Origin: Capsulimonadaceae bacterium
GTDB lineage: Bacteria > Armatimonadota > Armatimonadia > Armatimonadales > Capsulimonadaceae
Direction of reading: 5' to 3'
Length of the DNA stretch: 64,000 nt
Assembly: GCA_965215505.1 (NCBI GenBank)
Contig: OZ244065.1
Span: forward strand, 3,360,001 to 3,424,000
In this document: piece by piece, positions 1 through 9,931 of the stretch
Position numbering within the stretch: the stretch's first letter is position 1
Layout of the letters: every line of letters starts with the position of its first letter
The notes under the pieces: model-generated
The model's database searches: none
What the model saw: only the letters and a program-made list of their open reading frames with translations
What the model was told of the DNA's origin: nothing
Position numbers and translations under genes: made by a program

Positions 1-49
1 CGCCCTCTGTCTTGTCCTTTGTCGCCCTTTTCCATCTCACACCTGCCTC

Positions 50-1759
50 TCAGTTCACTCCCGCCGCCGCGCCACCCGCACCCGCCGCCGTCATCTCCAC
101 GGCGAACACCCGCGCCGTCAAGGCGCGTTTGTCCGTGGAAGGCGGCTGCAAGAGTGCAGGGGTCCAGGGCGGGCCGCCGACCGTGACGAGGACGGACGAC
201 CTGCCTGCCGTCAGCCGGGCGGGGAGGGTCAGCGTCACGACCTGCGGGCCGTGGCGCGTCAGGGTGACGTGCGGCCCGCCGTCTATGGCGAACGTCCGGG
301 ACGGGGCACCGGCAGGGGCCGAAACCCAGAGGGTCAGCGTGTAGGCCCGGCCCGGCAGGACCGGGAGGCGCAGGGCGGATTTCGCGCCCGCCCAACGGGC
401 GGTCGTCACGGCAGGCTTCAACGCGGGCGGCACGTCCTGGGCGGCCTCCGGGCCGAACCAGCCCGGCCCGATGTAGTCCTCGTCGCCCGCCGCGCCGATC
501 TTGACGCGGTAGTGCGCGGCCTGCGCGTTAGGCAGGGCGAAGGGCAATTCGTTCAGCCCGATCTGCGCCCGGCCGCCGATGCCGTTCCGCACCAGGACGC
601 CGCCCGGCTGGGTGTTCTCGGCGACCACGGCGGCGCGGACATCCGGCCCAAGCACGACGGCCGGACCCGCAGCGGCGAACTGACAGCCGCGCACGATCAC
701 CCGGCCTTTGCGGGCGACGATAGCCCCCGTTCGGGCCGTGTCCGAGAAGTGGCAGTCGCTGAAGGTGACGGCGGTTTCGCCGTCCAAGAGGGCCACGCCG
801 CCGGGGTTGGCCCAGAAGTTGCAGTTGACGAACTGCGCCGCCCCGCCCGCGCCGGGTGCGGTGACGACGCCCGCGTCCGGCTCGCCGGTGAAGGTCGTGA
901 ACTCGCCGTTCGTCACCTGGATGCCGATGGGCTGGACGGCGTCGATTAAGACGCCGACGTGGCAGCCGTCCGCGCCGATCCCCAAAAACTGGCCGTTGCA
1001 CTCGCCCGCCGGGGTATGGATGAACCGGTAGCCCACCCGCGCGCCGAAGACGAAGGTGTTCAGGACGTATTCCCAGTCGGTGCGCCCGAAGACAAACGCC
1101 TCCAGGTTGGCCTCAGTGTAGGCCGTGACCGGCGCGTCGCTGCCGGTCGTGATGCCGGGGTAGTGGGACCGCGCCCAGTAGTGTTCGTTGAAGTGGACGT
1201 TCTCGATGCGCCCGATGTCCGAGGTGGTGTCGATCAAGATGCCGCGCCGCAGGACGCAGCCGAAGACGTTCCGTATTAGGTGCAGCTCGCTCCACGGGAC
1301 GCCGATCTTGATGCCCTGATAGGCGTTGACGAACGTGACGTTCTCCACGTCGTTGTGCATCCCCTGGCCGTGGATTGCCCACGGGTAGGCCGTGATAGCA
1401 TCCCACTTCTGCTCCGGCCAGACCATCGTGACGCCTTGAAGGGAACTGCTTTCTGATAGCTCCACCGCCGCCGGCCCGTCCTCCCGCCCGCGCCCGCCCG
1501 TGACGGCAAATGTCGTCCCCTTGTCCCAGGCCCCGTGGTGGGGCGCGTCCCAGCTCCCGCGCAGCGTGACGCCGGTCGGCACGCGCAGGCTGCCCGCGAT
1601 GTGGTACACCTGCGGCCCGAGCAGCACCTCGCCGCCGGTCTTGCCCTTGGCATCGAGGGCGGCCTGGAGGGTGGCCGTGTCGTCTGCGGCGCGGGCGGGG
1701 ACGCAGAGGGAGAAGAACAAGAGGGAGAAGAGTAAAAGGAGGGCGAGGAGCGGTTTCAT
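50..1759 (-). CDS. Secreted right-handed beta-helix carbohydrate-active protein (pectate lyase 3 / GH28-related)
   Basis: Signal peptide; N-terminal 'DDTATLQAALD...GGEVLLGPQVYHI.GSLRVPTGVTLRG' pectate_lyase_3-like motif; beta-helix-like Asn/Gly repeats; extra C-terminal beta-rich domain. Confidence 0.7.
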   Translation of the reverse strand: MKPLLALLLLFSLLFFSLCVPARAADDTATLQAALDAKGKTGGEVLLGPQVYHIAGSLRVPTGVTLRGSWDAPHHGAWDKGTTFAVTGGRGREDGPAAVELSESSSLQGVTMVWPEQKWDAITAYPWAIHGQGMHNDVENVTFVNAYQGIKIGVPWSELHLIRNVFGCVLRRGILIDTTSDIGRIENVHFNEHYWARSHYPGITTGSDAPVTAYTEANLEAFVFGRTDWEYVLNTFVFGARVGYRFIHTPAGECNGQFLGIGADGCHVGVLIDAVQPIGIQVTNGEFTTFTGEPDAGVVTAPGAGGAAQFVNCNFWANPGGVALLDGETAVTFSDCHFSDTARTGAIVARKGRVIVRGCQFAAAGPAVVLGPDVRAAVVAENTQPGGVLVRNGIGGRAQIGLNELPFALPNAQAAHYRVKIGAAGDEDYIGPGWFGPEAAQDVPPALKPAVTTARWAGAKSALRLPVLPGRAYTLTLWVSAPAGAPSRTFAIDGGPHVTLTRHGPQVVTLTLPARLTAGRSSVLVTVGGPPWTPALLQPPSTDKRALTARVFAVEMTAAGAGGAAAGVN

Positions 1760-1848
1760 GGCGATGGGCCTTTCAGAAGGGACGTAGGCCGGAAGTGCCG
1801 GTCACATCATGCTAACACCCTCCCCCTCCCATGTCAAGCCCGCGTCCC

Positions 1849-3456
1849 TCACCGCGCCACGCCCGGCCACGGCTTCCCCTGCTGCGCCGCCAGCGCCTGC
1901 GCCTCCCCGTGCAGGGCGCGCTCCAGGCCCGTGTTGACGGCGTTCTCCTGGTGTACCGTCCACAGCGCCAGGCCACCGTACAGCAATGCCAGCGCGCAGG
2001 CGAGCGGCGGCGCGAATGCCCGGAAGCCTTCCACCAGCGCGACTGATTCGGGCAGGTGCTTGACGGCGGCCCGGATGCTCAGGGTCAGCAGAAGCAGCAC
2101 GGGGACGGCCGCCCCCAGCACCAGACCGAGCGCCAGCGGTGCCTGCGTGCCGCTGGTCGCGGCGAGGGTGCTGGTGGCGATCTGGGCGAGTGAGGTCGCC
2201 CCGCGTAATTGCCACGCCCCCAGCCCGACCACCGCCAGCAGGACCGCCAGCGCGACGCCCACCGACACGAGGAGCGGCGGCGCGGCCCGGTCCCGGAGCG
2301 GGGTGAGCCGGCCCAAGCCCAGGGCGACCCCACCGAGCAGCAGGAGCAGGAGCGCGTTGGCGGCCAGGAACCACCCCACACCGAGGGCGACGCCCAGGCG
2401 CATGAGGTCCGCAAGCCGGCTGCCGAAGACCGCATCGTTTACGTTCAGGTGACGCACCTGCGCCCCTGCCGCGTCCTGCGCTCGCGCCTCCCGCGCGGCT
2501 TCGGGGTGTCCGAGCCGCGTCACATAGTCGCAGTAGGCGTCGAGGCGCTCGCTCGCCCACTTTTCGGCGGAGACGCCTTGCGGGCGGGTGGCGACGGGGA
2601 TGCCGCCGGGGCGGCTGCGCGAGATGGAATTAATGGCGACGCCGACGAGGCTGCCGATGAACGAGGTGGACCGCGCCCGCATCAGATCACCGCAGCGGGC
2701 CAGAGCGAGCCGCAGGGCCAGGCCCTCCTCGGGCCGGCCGTCCTGCTCCGCCTGCACCGCTTTGACCGCGACCATCCGGGCGGCAGCCCGGAGCTGCTGG
2801 TACTGCGGGAACAGCAGGGAGGCGGCGACCGCCATGCGGCTGACGCCCTCGCGGCCCCCGAAAACGGCCTCGGAGATGCGCCAGCGCCCCTCCACCTCGT
2901 CATCGCTGTATTCCCGCCACTCGCGCTTTGTGCCGGCCCGCTTGACGGCAGCCAGCGCCTCGTCGTCGCGGTAAGCGGCGAACAGGGCAACCGCGCGCAT
3001 CAGCGGGAAGTAGGCGTTGTCCGGGTCCAGGCGCTCCCCCGCCGCCGCGTCCGCGTCGTAGGCGGCCAGGTGGGCGGGGGTGTCGTGCCCCAGCTCCTCA
3101 GACACGGCGGGAACGGGCTGGCCCGACAGCAGGTTCTCCTCGGGCCGCTTCAGGTAGATTTGCTCCTGCGTCGCGTAGCGCAGGATGTTCGCGCGCAGGG
3201 AAGGGTTGTCGGGGAAGCGCGGCACCAGGGACCGCGCGTAGTGGACCGCCGTCTGCCGCTCGAAGTCCGTCTGCCCGCCGAGATGCACCTGATAGTCGTC
3301 GGGGTGGCTGCGGACGAACCCCGCCCGCCCGTCCCCGCCGCCCACGGAGCCGGGGAACGCCTGCATCCGCACCAGCCAGCGCGTCGGTGGCGCGAGCAGG
3401 AGGAGGGCGAAGACGAGGGCGGTGAGGGCGGCATAAACGAGAGGTCGTTGTTTCAT
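1849..3456 (-). CDS. Uncharacterised multi-pass membrane protein, paralog of 3701-5617
   Basis: ATG at 3456 (MKQRPLV); N-terminal hydrophobic anchor, helical domain with 'GERLDPDNAYFPLMRA', C-terminal hydrophobic helices. Confidence 0.75.
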   Translation of the reverse strand: MKQRPLVYAALTALVFALLLLAPPTRWLVRMQAFPGSVGGGDGRAGFVRSHPDDYQVHLGGQTDFERQTAVHYARSLVPRFPDNPSLRANILRYATQEQIYLKRPEENLLSGQPVPAVSEELGHDTPAHLAAYDADAAAGERLDPDNAYFPLMRAVALFAAYRDDEALAAVKRAGTKREWREYSDDEVEGRWRISEAVFGGREGVSRMAVAASLLFPQYQQLRAAARMVAVKAVQAEQDGRPEEGLALRLALARCGDLMRARSTSFIGSLVGVAINSISRSRPGGIPVATRPQGVSAEKWASERLDAYCDYVTRLGHPEAAREARAQDAAGAQVRHLNVNDAVFGSRLADLMRLGVALGVGWFLAANALLLLLLGGVALGLGRLTPLRDRAAPPLLVSVGVALAVLLAVVGLGAWQLRGATSLAQIATSTLAATSGTQAPLALGLVLGAAVPVLLLLTLSIRAAVKHLPESVALVEGFRAFAPPLACALALLYGGLALWTVHQENAVNTGLERALHGEAQALAAQQGKPWPGVAR

Positions 3457-3542
3457 GCTGACACTAACGGGCGCGGGAGGCAAAAGGGTTCGCGCGCCGT
3501 CTCTTGTCAGATAACGCCGCCGGACACCACCCGCCGGGCCTC

Positions 3543-3646
3543 GTAGGGGCGCCGCTTGCCGCGCCCTCCTTATGGTCCTGTTCTGCGGGCGCGCAAGAGA
3601 AGAGGGCGCGGATTACGAAAGAGGGCGCGGCAAGCGGCGCCCCTAC
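3543..3646. repeat. GTAG-type REP inverted doublet
   Basis: GTAGGGGCGCCGCTTGCCGCGCCCTC at 3543 and its reverse complement ending at 3646. Confidence 0.85.
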
Positions 3647-3700
3647 GATGACATCCGAAGCCGCGAAGCGGGCGGGACAAAGAAACGGGCGGGACGAACC

Positions 3701-5617
3701 CTACCGCACCGGCCCAGGCCAGGACGTGCCGGCCTGGGCGGCGAGATACGGCCCCTCGTCGTGGACCTGATGCCACACTTGCGCGTTCACCACCCCCTCC
3801 TGCCGCACCGTCCCCAGCAGCAGGCCGCCCCAGGCCAGCAGCAGAAAACAGGCGGCGGGCAGGGCGGCGGCGGCGAAACCGCGTACCAGTCCGGCCGAGA
3901 CGGGCACGCGCCGGACGCGGGCGGCGACGCCCGAAACCAGCAGCAGGAGCAGCGGGACGGCGGACACGGCGGCGAGGTACAGCCACCGCACCGACGCCTC
4001 CCTGGCTTCGGCGTCCACCCCCCCGCCCGACAGGCCCAGCAGAGCGTCCCGGCCGTCCACGATGTCCGAGAGGCTGCCCGCCTGCCACAGCAGCAGATGC
4101 CAGAGGCCGGACGATCCTACGCCCGCCACCAGCAGGATGCCCACGGCCCACAGGATGCCCTGCCGACGCCAGGCGGGCAGGCGGAGCAGCGCGCGGAACA
4201 CCGCCCGGACGGTCAGCGCGGTCAGCAGCAGCAGGACAAGCCCAGCGATCCACATCTGCCAGCCGGTCGCTTCAATGGCGAACGGCCAGAGGTTCGCGAA
4301 CAGCACCGCCACGAACGCCGCCAGCAGGATCAGGCCGCAGGCCGCCCCGATCCGCCCCAGCAGGGCCACCCAGTCCCAGGCGGGGCGCTCCCCAGCCTCC
4401 CGCACCCGCACCAGCCGCGCCATGCCCCCCGTCAGGCCGCCGAGCAGGAGCAGCCAGAAGACGTTGGACAGGCTCGCGATGTCCGCCAGCCACCACCGCG
4501 TCAGATCGAGGAACGGCCGCTCATACTGGCTGAGGCGCGCGGGATCGTCGAACCGCCCGATGGCGCTCATCCGCCGTCCCGCCTCCGCCTCGGCCTGCTC
4601 CCGCGCCGCATACTCGGGGTGGCCCAGCCGCGTGGCGTAGGCCCGGTAGGCGTCCAGATGCCGCCACATCTGCCCATCCGAAACGGGACCGGGCGCGGCA
4701 CCCTGATTCATGCTGCCGGTCCGGTCTGTCGCGATGGCGCAGATGGCGCTGCCGACGATCGCCCCGAGGAGATAAGTGGATTGGGCGCGCATCAGGTCCC
4801 CGCAGCAGCGCAACTCCTCGCGCAACCCCAATCCTTCGTTGCGCCGCCCCGCCGCCTCCTGCTGGACGGCTTTGACGAGGATCAGCCGGGCGAGGGCGCG
4901 GAGCTGCTGGTAATGCGGCAGGAACAGGTCGGCGGCGGGGGCGATGCGCCCCAATGCTCCCGGATCGCCGAAAGCCTCTCCGTGCAGACGCCAGCGCGCC
5001 TCGACCTCGTCCGCAGTATACTCCCGCCAGGACGGCTTTCGGGACGCGCGCCGGAAGGCGGCCAGGCCCTCGGCGTCCCGGAAGGCGGCGAACAGGCCGG
5101 CGGCGCGCATCAGGGGGAAGTAGGCGTTGTCCGGGTCCAGGCGCTCCCCTGCCGCCGCGTCGGCGTCGAAGGCGGCAAGGTCTGCGGGCGCGTTATGGTG
5201 GATCCTACTGTTGTTAAGGCGCAGGCCGGGGTTCAGCAGCGCCTCCTCCTCGGGCCGCTCCAGGTGGACCTTGCCGAGCATCTCGTAGCGCAGCAGGTTG
5301 GCGTAGAGCGCGGGGCGGTCCGGGAATCGGGTCGTCAGGGCGTGCAGGCCCGCCAGGGTTTCGTCGTGGCTGCCGTCGCTGACGGCGGCGGCGTACTGGA
5401 CCGCGAAGTCGCCGGGGTGGCGCGTTGCTACCGCCTGATACCGGTCCCCCGCCGACGAGCCGGTGTAGCAAGTCCCGCTCGGCAGGGGGTGGTACAAGCG
5501 CAGGACGGTCAGGGCTTGCAGACGCACCAGCCAGCGCGTTTGCGGGGCGATCAGAAGTGCGAGCAGGACGCCGAGGGCAAGGCCCATCAGGACCAGGCGG
5601 GCTTGTCGGAGTTTCAT
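3701..5617 (-). CDS. Uncharacterised multi-pass membrane protein, paralog of 1849-3456
   Basis: ATG at 5617 (MKLRQARL) with AAGGA upstream; shares 'AAAGERLDPDNAYFPLMRA' and 'CGDLMRA.ST' with the downstream gene; has extra TM helices. Confidence 0.75.
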   Translation of the reverse strand: MKLRQARLVLMGLALGVLLALLIAPQTRWLVRLQALTVLRLYHPLPSGTCYTGSSAGDRYQAVATRHPGDFAVQYAAAVSDGSHDETLAGLHALTTRFPDRPALYANLLRYEMLGKVHLERPEEEALLNPGLRLNNSRIHHNAPADLAAFDADAAAGERLDPDNAYFPLMRAAGLFAAFRDAEGLAAFRRASRKPSWREYTADEVEARWRLHGEAFGDPGALGRIAPAADLFLPHYQQLRALARLILVKAVQQEAAGRRNEGLGLREELRCCGDLMRAQSTYLLGAIVGSAICAIATDRTGSMNQGAAPGPVSDGQMWRHLDAYRAYATRLGHPEYAAREQAEAEAGRRMSAIGRFDDPARLSQYERPFLDLTRWWLADIASLSNVFWLLLLGGLTGGMARLVRVREAGERPAWDWVALLGRIGAACGLILLAAFVAVLFANLWPFAIEATGWQMWIAGLVLLLLTALTVRAVFRALLRLPAWRRQGILWAVGILLVAGVGSSGLWHLLLWQAGSLSDIVDGRDALLGLSGGGVDAEAREASVRWLYLAAVSAVPLLLLLVSGVAARVRRVPVSAGLVRGFAAAALPAACFLLLAWGGLLLGTVRQEGVVNAQVWHQVHDEGPYLAAQAGTSWPGPVR

Positions 5618-5667
5618 TAGGGTCATCCTTGGGAGCGGGAGACAAGACGGGAGTAGGCAAAACGGGA

Positions 5668-5742
5668 GGGTAGGGACAAGCCCTACCCCCACGGTGCGCC
5701 CATATGTGGTGCTTGCGTAGGGGCACCGCTTGCCGCGCCCTC
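5668..5742. repeat. GTAG/GTGG-type REP pair
   Basis: Minus-strand GTGG-GGGTAGGG-CTTGT-CCCTACCC (5668-5692) and plus-strand GTAGGGGCACCGCTTGCCGCGCCCTC (5717-5742). Confidence 0.7.
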
Positions 5743-5776
5743 CTTGTCTTGCCGCGCCTTCCTATTAAATGTCGGT

Positions 5777-6235
5777 TCACACGACCAGTGCGGCCCGTCG
5801 CCCACTCTGCGCGTGGCGCGGCGGCTCCGGGCGGCGTTCGGACGGGGCGGGCGGGGGCATGGCCCACGCGGCGGCCAGCGACCCGGCGCGCAGGTCGGGC
5901 CGGTCGAGCAGGCGGTCGAGTGAGGGCGCGCGAGCCGGCCCCCGCGCCTGTATTCTTTCCTGTTCGCCTACCATTGGGAGATGGGGGGCCGGGGCCGCCG
6001 AAGTCCAGTGCAGCAGCACCAGGGTCACGGAAAGCGAGCAGGACGCGCCCAGCAGCAGGGGGCGGGCGGGTTCCCACAGGCGGTGCCACCAGGGGACCGG
6101 CGCGCGCAGGGCGTCCAGGACGCGGGCGTCCAGGACGCGGGCGTCGAAGTCGGGGGAGACGTCCGGCACGGGCAGGGCGCGCAGGCCGCCGCGCAGGGCC
6201 GCGCCGAGGTCAAAGTCATCGGGGAGGTCACGCAT
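5777..6235 (-). CDS. Putative single-pass anti-sigma factor
   Basis: Overlaps the ECF sigma stop; 'L.ALPVP.VSPDFDARVL' followed by one TM helix, the usual anti-sigma layout. Confidence 0.6.
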   Translation of the reverse strand: MRDLPDDFDLGAALRGGLRALPVPDVSPDFDARVLDARVLDALRAPVPWWHRLWEPARPLLLGASCSLSVTLVLLHWTSAAPAPHLPMVGEQERIQARGPARAPSLDRLLDRPDLRAGSLAAAWAMPPPAPSERRPEPPRHAQSGRRAALVV

Positions 6236-6842
6236 GGTCTTCCTCGTCTTCTTTTAAGGCCGCCGTCCACAGGGCGCGGAACTGGGCGCGGGCGGCGTGA
6301 AGCCGCGACCGGACGGTGCCGACGGGGACGCCCAGGGTGGCGGCGATCTCGTCATACTCCAGGCCCTCCATCTCGCGCAGGACCAGGGCGGCGCGCATCG
6401 GCGGGGAGAGTCGGTCGAGGAGGGTTTCCACCAGTAGCCGCGTGTCGGCGGCCTCGGCGGAGGGTATCGGGGAGGCGGGCGGCGGCGTGGCGTCTTCGGG
6501 GACCTCGCGCGCCCAGCGGGCGGACCGGCGGCGGTCCAGGCACAGGCGGACGGCGATGCCGAAGAGCCAGGCCGAGAAGCGGCCCTCGCCCCGGAAGGAC
6601 GGCAGGCGGCGGAAGGCTTTAAGGAACGTCTCCTGGGCCACGTCCTCCGCCTCCCCTTCGCGCCGCAGGACGTGCGCGGCCAGGCGGACGACGCGCGCCC
6701 GGTAGCGCCCCAGCAACCAGCGGTAGGCGGCCTCATCGCCCGCCCGCGCCCTGGCAAGCCACAGCGCCTCTTCGCGCTCCTCGCGCGGCAGGCAGTCCAT
6801 GACCATCAGCCGCCTCAGTTCACCGATCCTGTCACCGAGCAT
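6228..6842 (-). CDS. ECF (sigma-70 group 4) RNA polymerase sigma factor
   Basis: Region 2 'AEDVAQETFLKAFRRLPSFRGEGRFSAWLFGIA'; region 4 'LVLREMEGLEYDEIAATLGVPVGTVRSRLHAAR'; start chosen at ATG 6842. Confidence 0.93.
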   Translation of the reverse strand: MLGDRIGELRRLMVMDCLPREEREEALWLARARAGDEAAYRWLLGRYRARVVRLAAHVLRREGEAEDVAQETFLKAFRRLPSFRGEGRFSAWLFGIAVRLCLDRRRSARWAREVPEDATPPPASPIPSAEAADTRLLVETLLDRLSPPMRAALVLREMEGLEYDEIAATLGVPVGTVRSRLHAARAQFRALWTAALKEDEEDHA

Positions 6843-6940
6843 GGGTTGTCGTGTCCTCGTAAAGACAAGGACGGGGCGGATGGGGAGAAAGGTTCGGCGG
6901 GGGAAGAGAAAAAGGGCTGAACGGACGGGCGCGGCGGGCC

Positions 6941-9673
6941 TCACCCCTCCACGACGGCGACCAGGACGCAGACGTCGTCGCGGACGCCCTCCTGCGCGTA
7001 CTGGTCCACGCCCGCGATCAAGCACAGCAGGAAGTCTTCGGCCCGGTCCTCGGCACTGACCTCCGGCCCATGGGGACGCGGGGCGGTCAGCAGGGCGGTG
7101 ACGCCCTCGATGCCCAGCATGTCCTTGCGGTCAGGGCCGGCCTCGGTCAGACCGTCGGTGAACAGGACGAGGGCGTCGCCGGGCGCGAGGGTGACGCACC
7201 GCTCGGTGAAGACCGCGCCCGCGAAGGTGCCCAGCACCGGACCGGTGGGCGGCAGCGCCTCCACACGCCCGACATCCCCTGGCCCGCCCCCCGCCCGGCG
7301 AACCAGGCCCGGCTCCTGGCCGCAGTTGACGTAGTTCAGGCTCCCCGAGCCGCTGTCATAGGCACCGACGAACAGGGTGGCGAACCCGGCCAGCAAGTCG
7401 TTCCCGGCAAGGATGTCGTTCAGGTCGGTGAGCGCCTCGGCCAGATTCGCCCGCAGGCAGAGGGAAGCGCGGAGCATGTTGCGGACGGTGGCGACCTGGA
7501 CGGCGGCGGCCAGCCCCTTGCCGGACAGGTCGCCGACGACCAGGGCGGTGCAGCCCTTCTCGATGGGGAAGACGTCGTAGAAGTCGCCGCCGACTTCGGC
7601 CTCCTCCAGCGCCACCTCGTCGTACTTCTTCAGAGCCAGGCCGGGCACCGCGCCGGGCAGACCCGGCTTCAATGCCTCCTGGAGCTGCGTGGCGATGTTG
7701 TGTTCGCGCAGGCGCAGGCGCGCGGCCTCGGCCGCCGTGCGCGTCTGGGCCGCCACCGTTTCGACCAGGGAAATCTCGTCAGCCGTCCAGTCGCGCGGGC
7801 GGCCCGCCTGCGCGACGCCCAGGAGGCCCACCAGCCGGCCGCCGTCGAACAGCGGGACGCGGACGGCGGCGCGCAGGCCCAGCCGCTCCATCGCGCCGGC
7901 GATGCCCGCGAAGCGCGGGTCGGTCCGGACGTCCCGGACGACCAGGGTCCGGCCGGACTGGAGCAGGTCCAGGATGGGCAGGGCGTCGGCGGGCGCGGTG
8001 GCCCCCGCCAGCGGCATCATGCCTTCCCCGCGCCACTCCTGGCTGACGACGCTCAGGCCGCGCGCCTCGTCGCAGGCCGCGAAGAAGCACCGGTCGGTCC
8101 CGAGGGCGGCCCCCAGGGCGGCGGCGGCGGCCTGCTGGATCGCGGCCGGGTCGGTCGAGGCGCGGACGGCCGCGCCGATCCGGTTCAGCAGGGCCTCGCG
8201 CTCGGCGCGGGCCTCCGCCTCGATCAGAAGCCGCTCGCGCTCGTCCTCGGCCCGGCGGCGTTCCTCGATGTCGGTCGCCGTCCCCACCCACTGCGTCACC
8301 CGCCCCGAAACGTCGCGCACCGGCTCGGACCGGCCCAGGTGCCAGCGGTACGACCCGTCCGCCCGCCGCAGGCGGTACTCCACCTCGCTGACGCCCCCCG
8401 AATCCAGGGCGGCCCGCCAGACCGAACCCGCGTGGGCCAGATCGTCCGGATGGATCACGGCCTGCCAGCCCCAGTCGCGCGTCTGGTCGAAGTCCAGCCC
8501 GGAATAGTCGTACCAGCGCTGGTTGTAATAGTCAATCGCCCCGCCCGAGTCGGTCGTCCAGGCGATGTGCGGGATGGCGTCGGCCATCAGCCGGAAGCGG
8601 CCCTCGCTCGCGCGCAGGGCACCCTCGGCCTCCTTGCGGGCACTGATGTCGTGGGAGTAAACCGCCAGCCCGTCCGAAGAGGGGTAGGCGCGCACCTCGA
8701 ACCAGACCCCGAGCGGCGCATAGAACTCTTCGACAGCGACGGGCACCCGCTCGGCGACGGCCCGGCGGTACTCGGCCTCGAGCCGGGTGCCGACGACCTC
8801 GGGGAACTCCTGCCAGATGATCCGCCCCAGCATCTCCTCGCGCGGGCGGCGGAGCAGCCGCTCGGCCTGACGGTTCACATAGGTGAACCGCCACTCCCCG
8901 TCGAAGGCGTAGAAGGCGTCCGTGACGCTCTCCAGGATGCTGGCCGTGCGCCGGTTGGCCGCCCCGAGCGCCTCCTCGGCCCGCCGTCGCTCGTCCGCCC
9001 GCACCGCCTCGGCGCTCCGGCCCTGCCGCCAGCGCGCGATGCGCTCCGGGTAGTGCGCGAGGAAGTCGGCCAGGGCGGGTTCCTCGGCCAGCAGAGGACC
9101 CAGGAAGTCCTGCGCGCGCTTGTCCACGTCGTAGGAGATGTCGGGGTGCGCCTCGATCCAGGTGTGGCAGGTCTTGATGTAAGCGAGGTAGGCGACCAGG
9201 TGCGGGTAGAGGTCCGGCCCGAGCAGGCGACGCAGTTCCCGGCGCGCGGGTTCCGCCCCGCTCTCCTCCAGGAAGGCGAGCGAGGCGCAGGCGAGCAAAG
9301 TCTGCTCCAGGGGCGAGTCGGGGGCCGGGGCGGCGGCTTCCTGCGCCGGTGGGACGGGCAGGCGGTCGAACATCGGGGCGGGCGGGGCGGGGGGCGATTC
9401 CAGCAGGGCCAGGACCGCGCCGGGCGAGACGCCCAGGGGCCGCAGGGCGCACGAGTGGCAGACCAGGCAGTAGGGGACATCGCAGAAGCGGGACAGGAGG
9501 GCGTTCAGCTTCTCCTTGAAGAGCGGCCCGAGCGGGTTGTCCAGGTAGGCGGAGGCCGTCTGCCGCCACAGGTTTTCCAGGACCTGCGGCGAGTCAAGGG
9601 CGGGCGCGAAGAACGGGGGGAAGAACCCGAAGCGCGCCTCGATCTCAGCCCTGATTTGTTCGCCGGTTCGCAA
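6941..9673 (-). CDS. SpoIIE/RsbU-type PP2C phosphatase with AhpD/CMD-like N-terminus, two PAS domains and a GAF domain
   Basis: PP2C motifs 'VGGDFYD', 'GDLSGKGLAAA', 'NCGQEP', 'FTDGLTEA', 'DDVCVL'; PAS-like 'FTYVN..AE' and 'YYNQRWYDYSG...IHPDD'; start uncertain (TTG 9673 preferred, GTG 9757 possible). Confidence 0.88.
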   Translation of the reverse strand: MRTGEQIRAEIEARFGFFPPFFAPALDSPQVLENLWRQTASAYLDNPLGPLFKEKLNALLSRFCDVPYCLVCHSCALRPLGVSPGAVLALLESPPAPPAPMFDRLPVPPAQEAAAPAPDSPLEQTLLACASLAFLEESGAEPARRELRRLLGPDLYPHLVAYLAYIKTCHTWIEAHPDISYDVDKRAQDFLGPLLAEEPALADFLAHYPERIARWRQGRSAEAVRADERRRAEEALGAANRRTASILESVTDAFYAFDGEWRFTYVNRQAERLLRRPREEMLGRIIWQEFPEVVGTRLEAEYRRAVAERVPVAVEEFYAPLGVWFEVRAYPSSDGLAVYSHDISARKEAEGALRASEGRFRLMADAIPHIAWTTDSGGAIDYYNQRWYDYSGLDFDQTRDWGWQAVIHPDDLAHAGSVWRAALDSGGVSEVEYRLRRADGSYRWHLGRSEPVRDVSGRVTQWVGTATDIEERRRAEDERERLLIEAEARAEREALLNRIGAAVRASTDPAAIQQAAAAALGAALGTDRCFFAACDEARGLSVVSQEWRGEGMMPLAGATAPADALPILDLLQSGRTLVVRDVRTDPRFAGIAGAMERLGLRAAVRVPLFDGGRLVGLLGVAQAGRPRDWTADEISLVETVAAQTRTAAEAARLRLREHNIATQLQEALKPGLPGAVPGLALKKYDEVALEEAEVGGDFYDVFPIEKGCTALVVGDLSGKGLAAAVQVATVRNMLRASLCLRANLAEALTDLNDILAGNDLLAGFATLFVGAYDSGSGSLNYVNCGQEPGLVRRAGGGPGDVGRVEALPPTGPVLGTFAGAVFTERCVTLAPGDALVLFTDGLTEAGPDRKDMLGIEGVTALLTAPRPHGPEVSAEDRAEDFLLCLIAGVDQYAQEGVRDDVCVLVAVVEG

Positions 9674-9820
9674 GATGGTAAATCCGTGACCTCTACCCTG
9701 TAACAGTTCTTTTCTAAACGGGGTTCCGTGGGGCGCTTGTATTTTACCATACTTCACTCATTTTTACCGGGACGGTCCTGGCGCACGGGTGGGGCAGTCC
9801 TGGGAGAGAGCAGGTGCGGG

Positions 9821-9840
9821 CGAGTGATTTCGATCACTCG
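9821..9840. repeat. Solo hairpin A of the nested palindromic element, family A
   Basis: CGAGTGATTTCGATCACTCG, one mismatch from the family consensus. Confidence 0.75.
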
Positions 9841-9931
9841 CCTGCGCCCGCCGCTTGCCTCGGTAGGGTGAAGGGAGAAGCCGGGGCCGATCCGGCAGGA
9901 TTCCGCCGGCCGCATCGCGAACCTTAACGAC

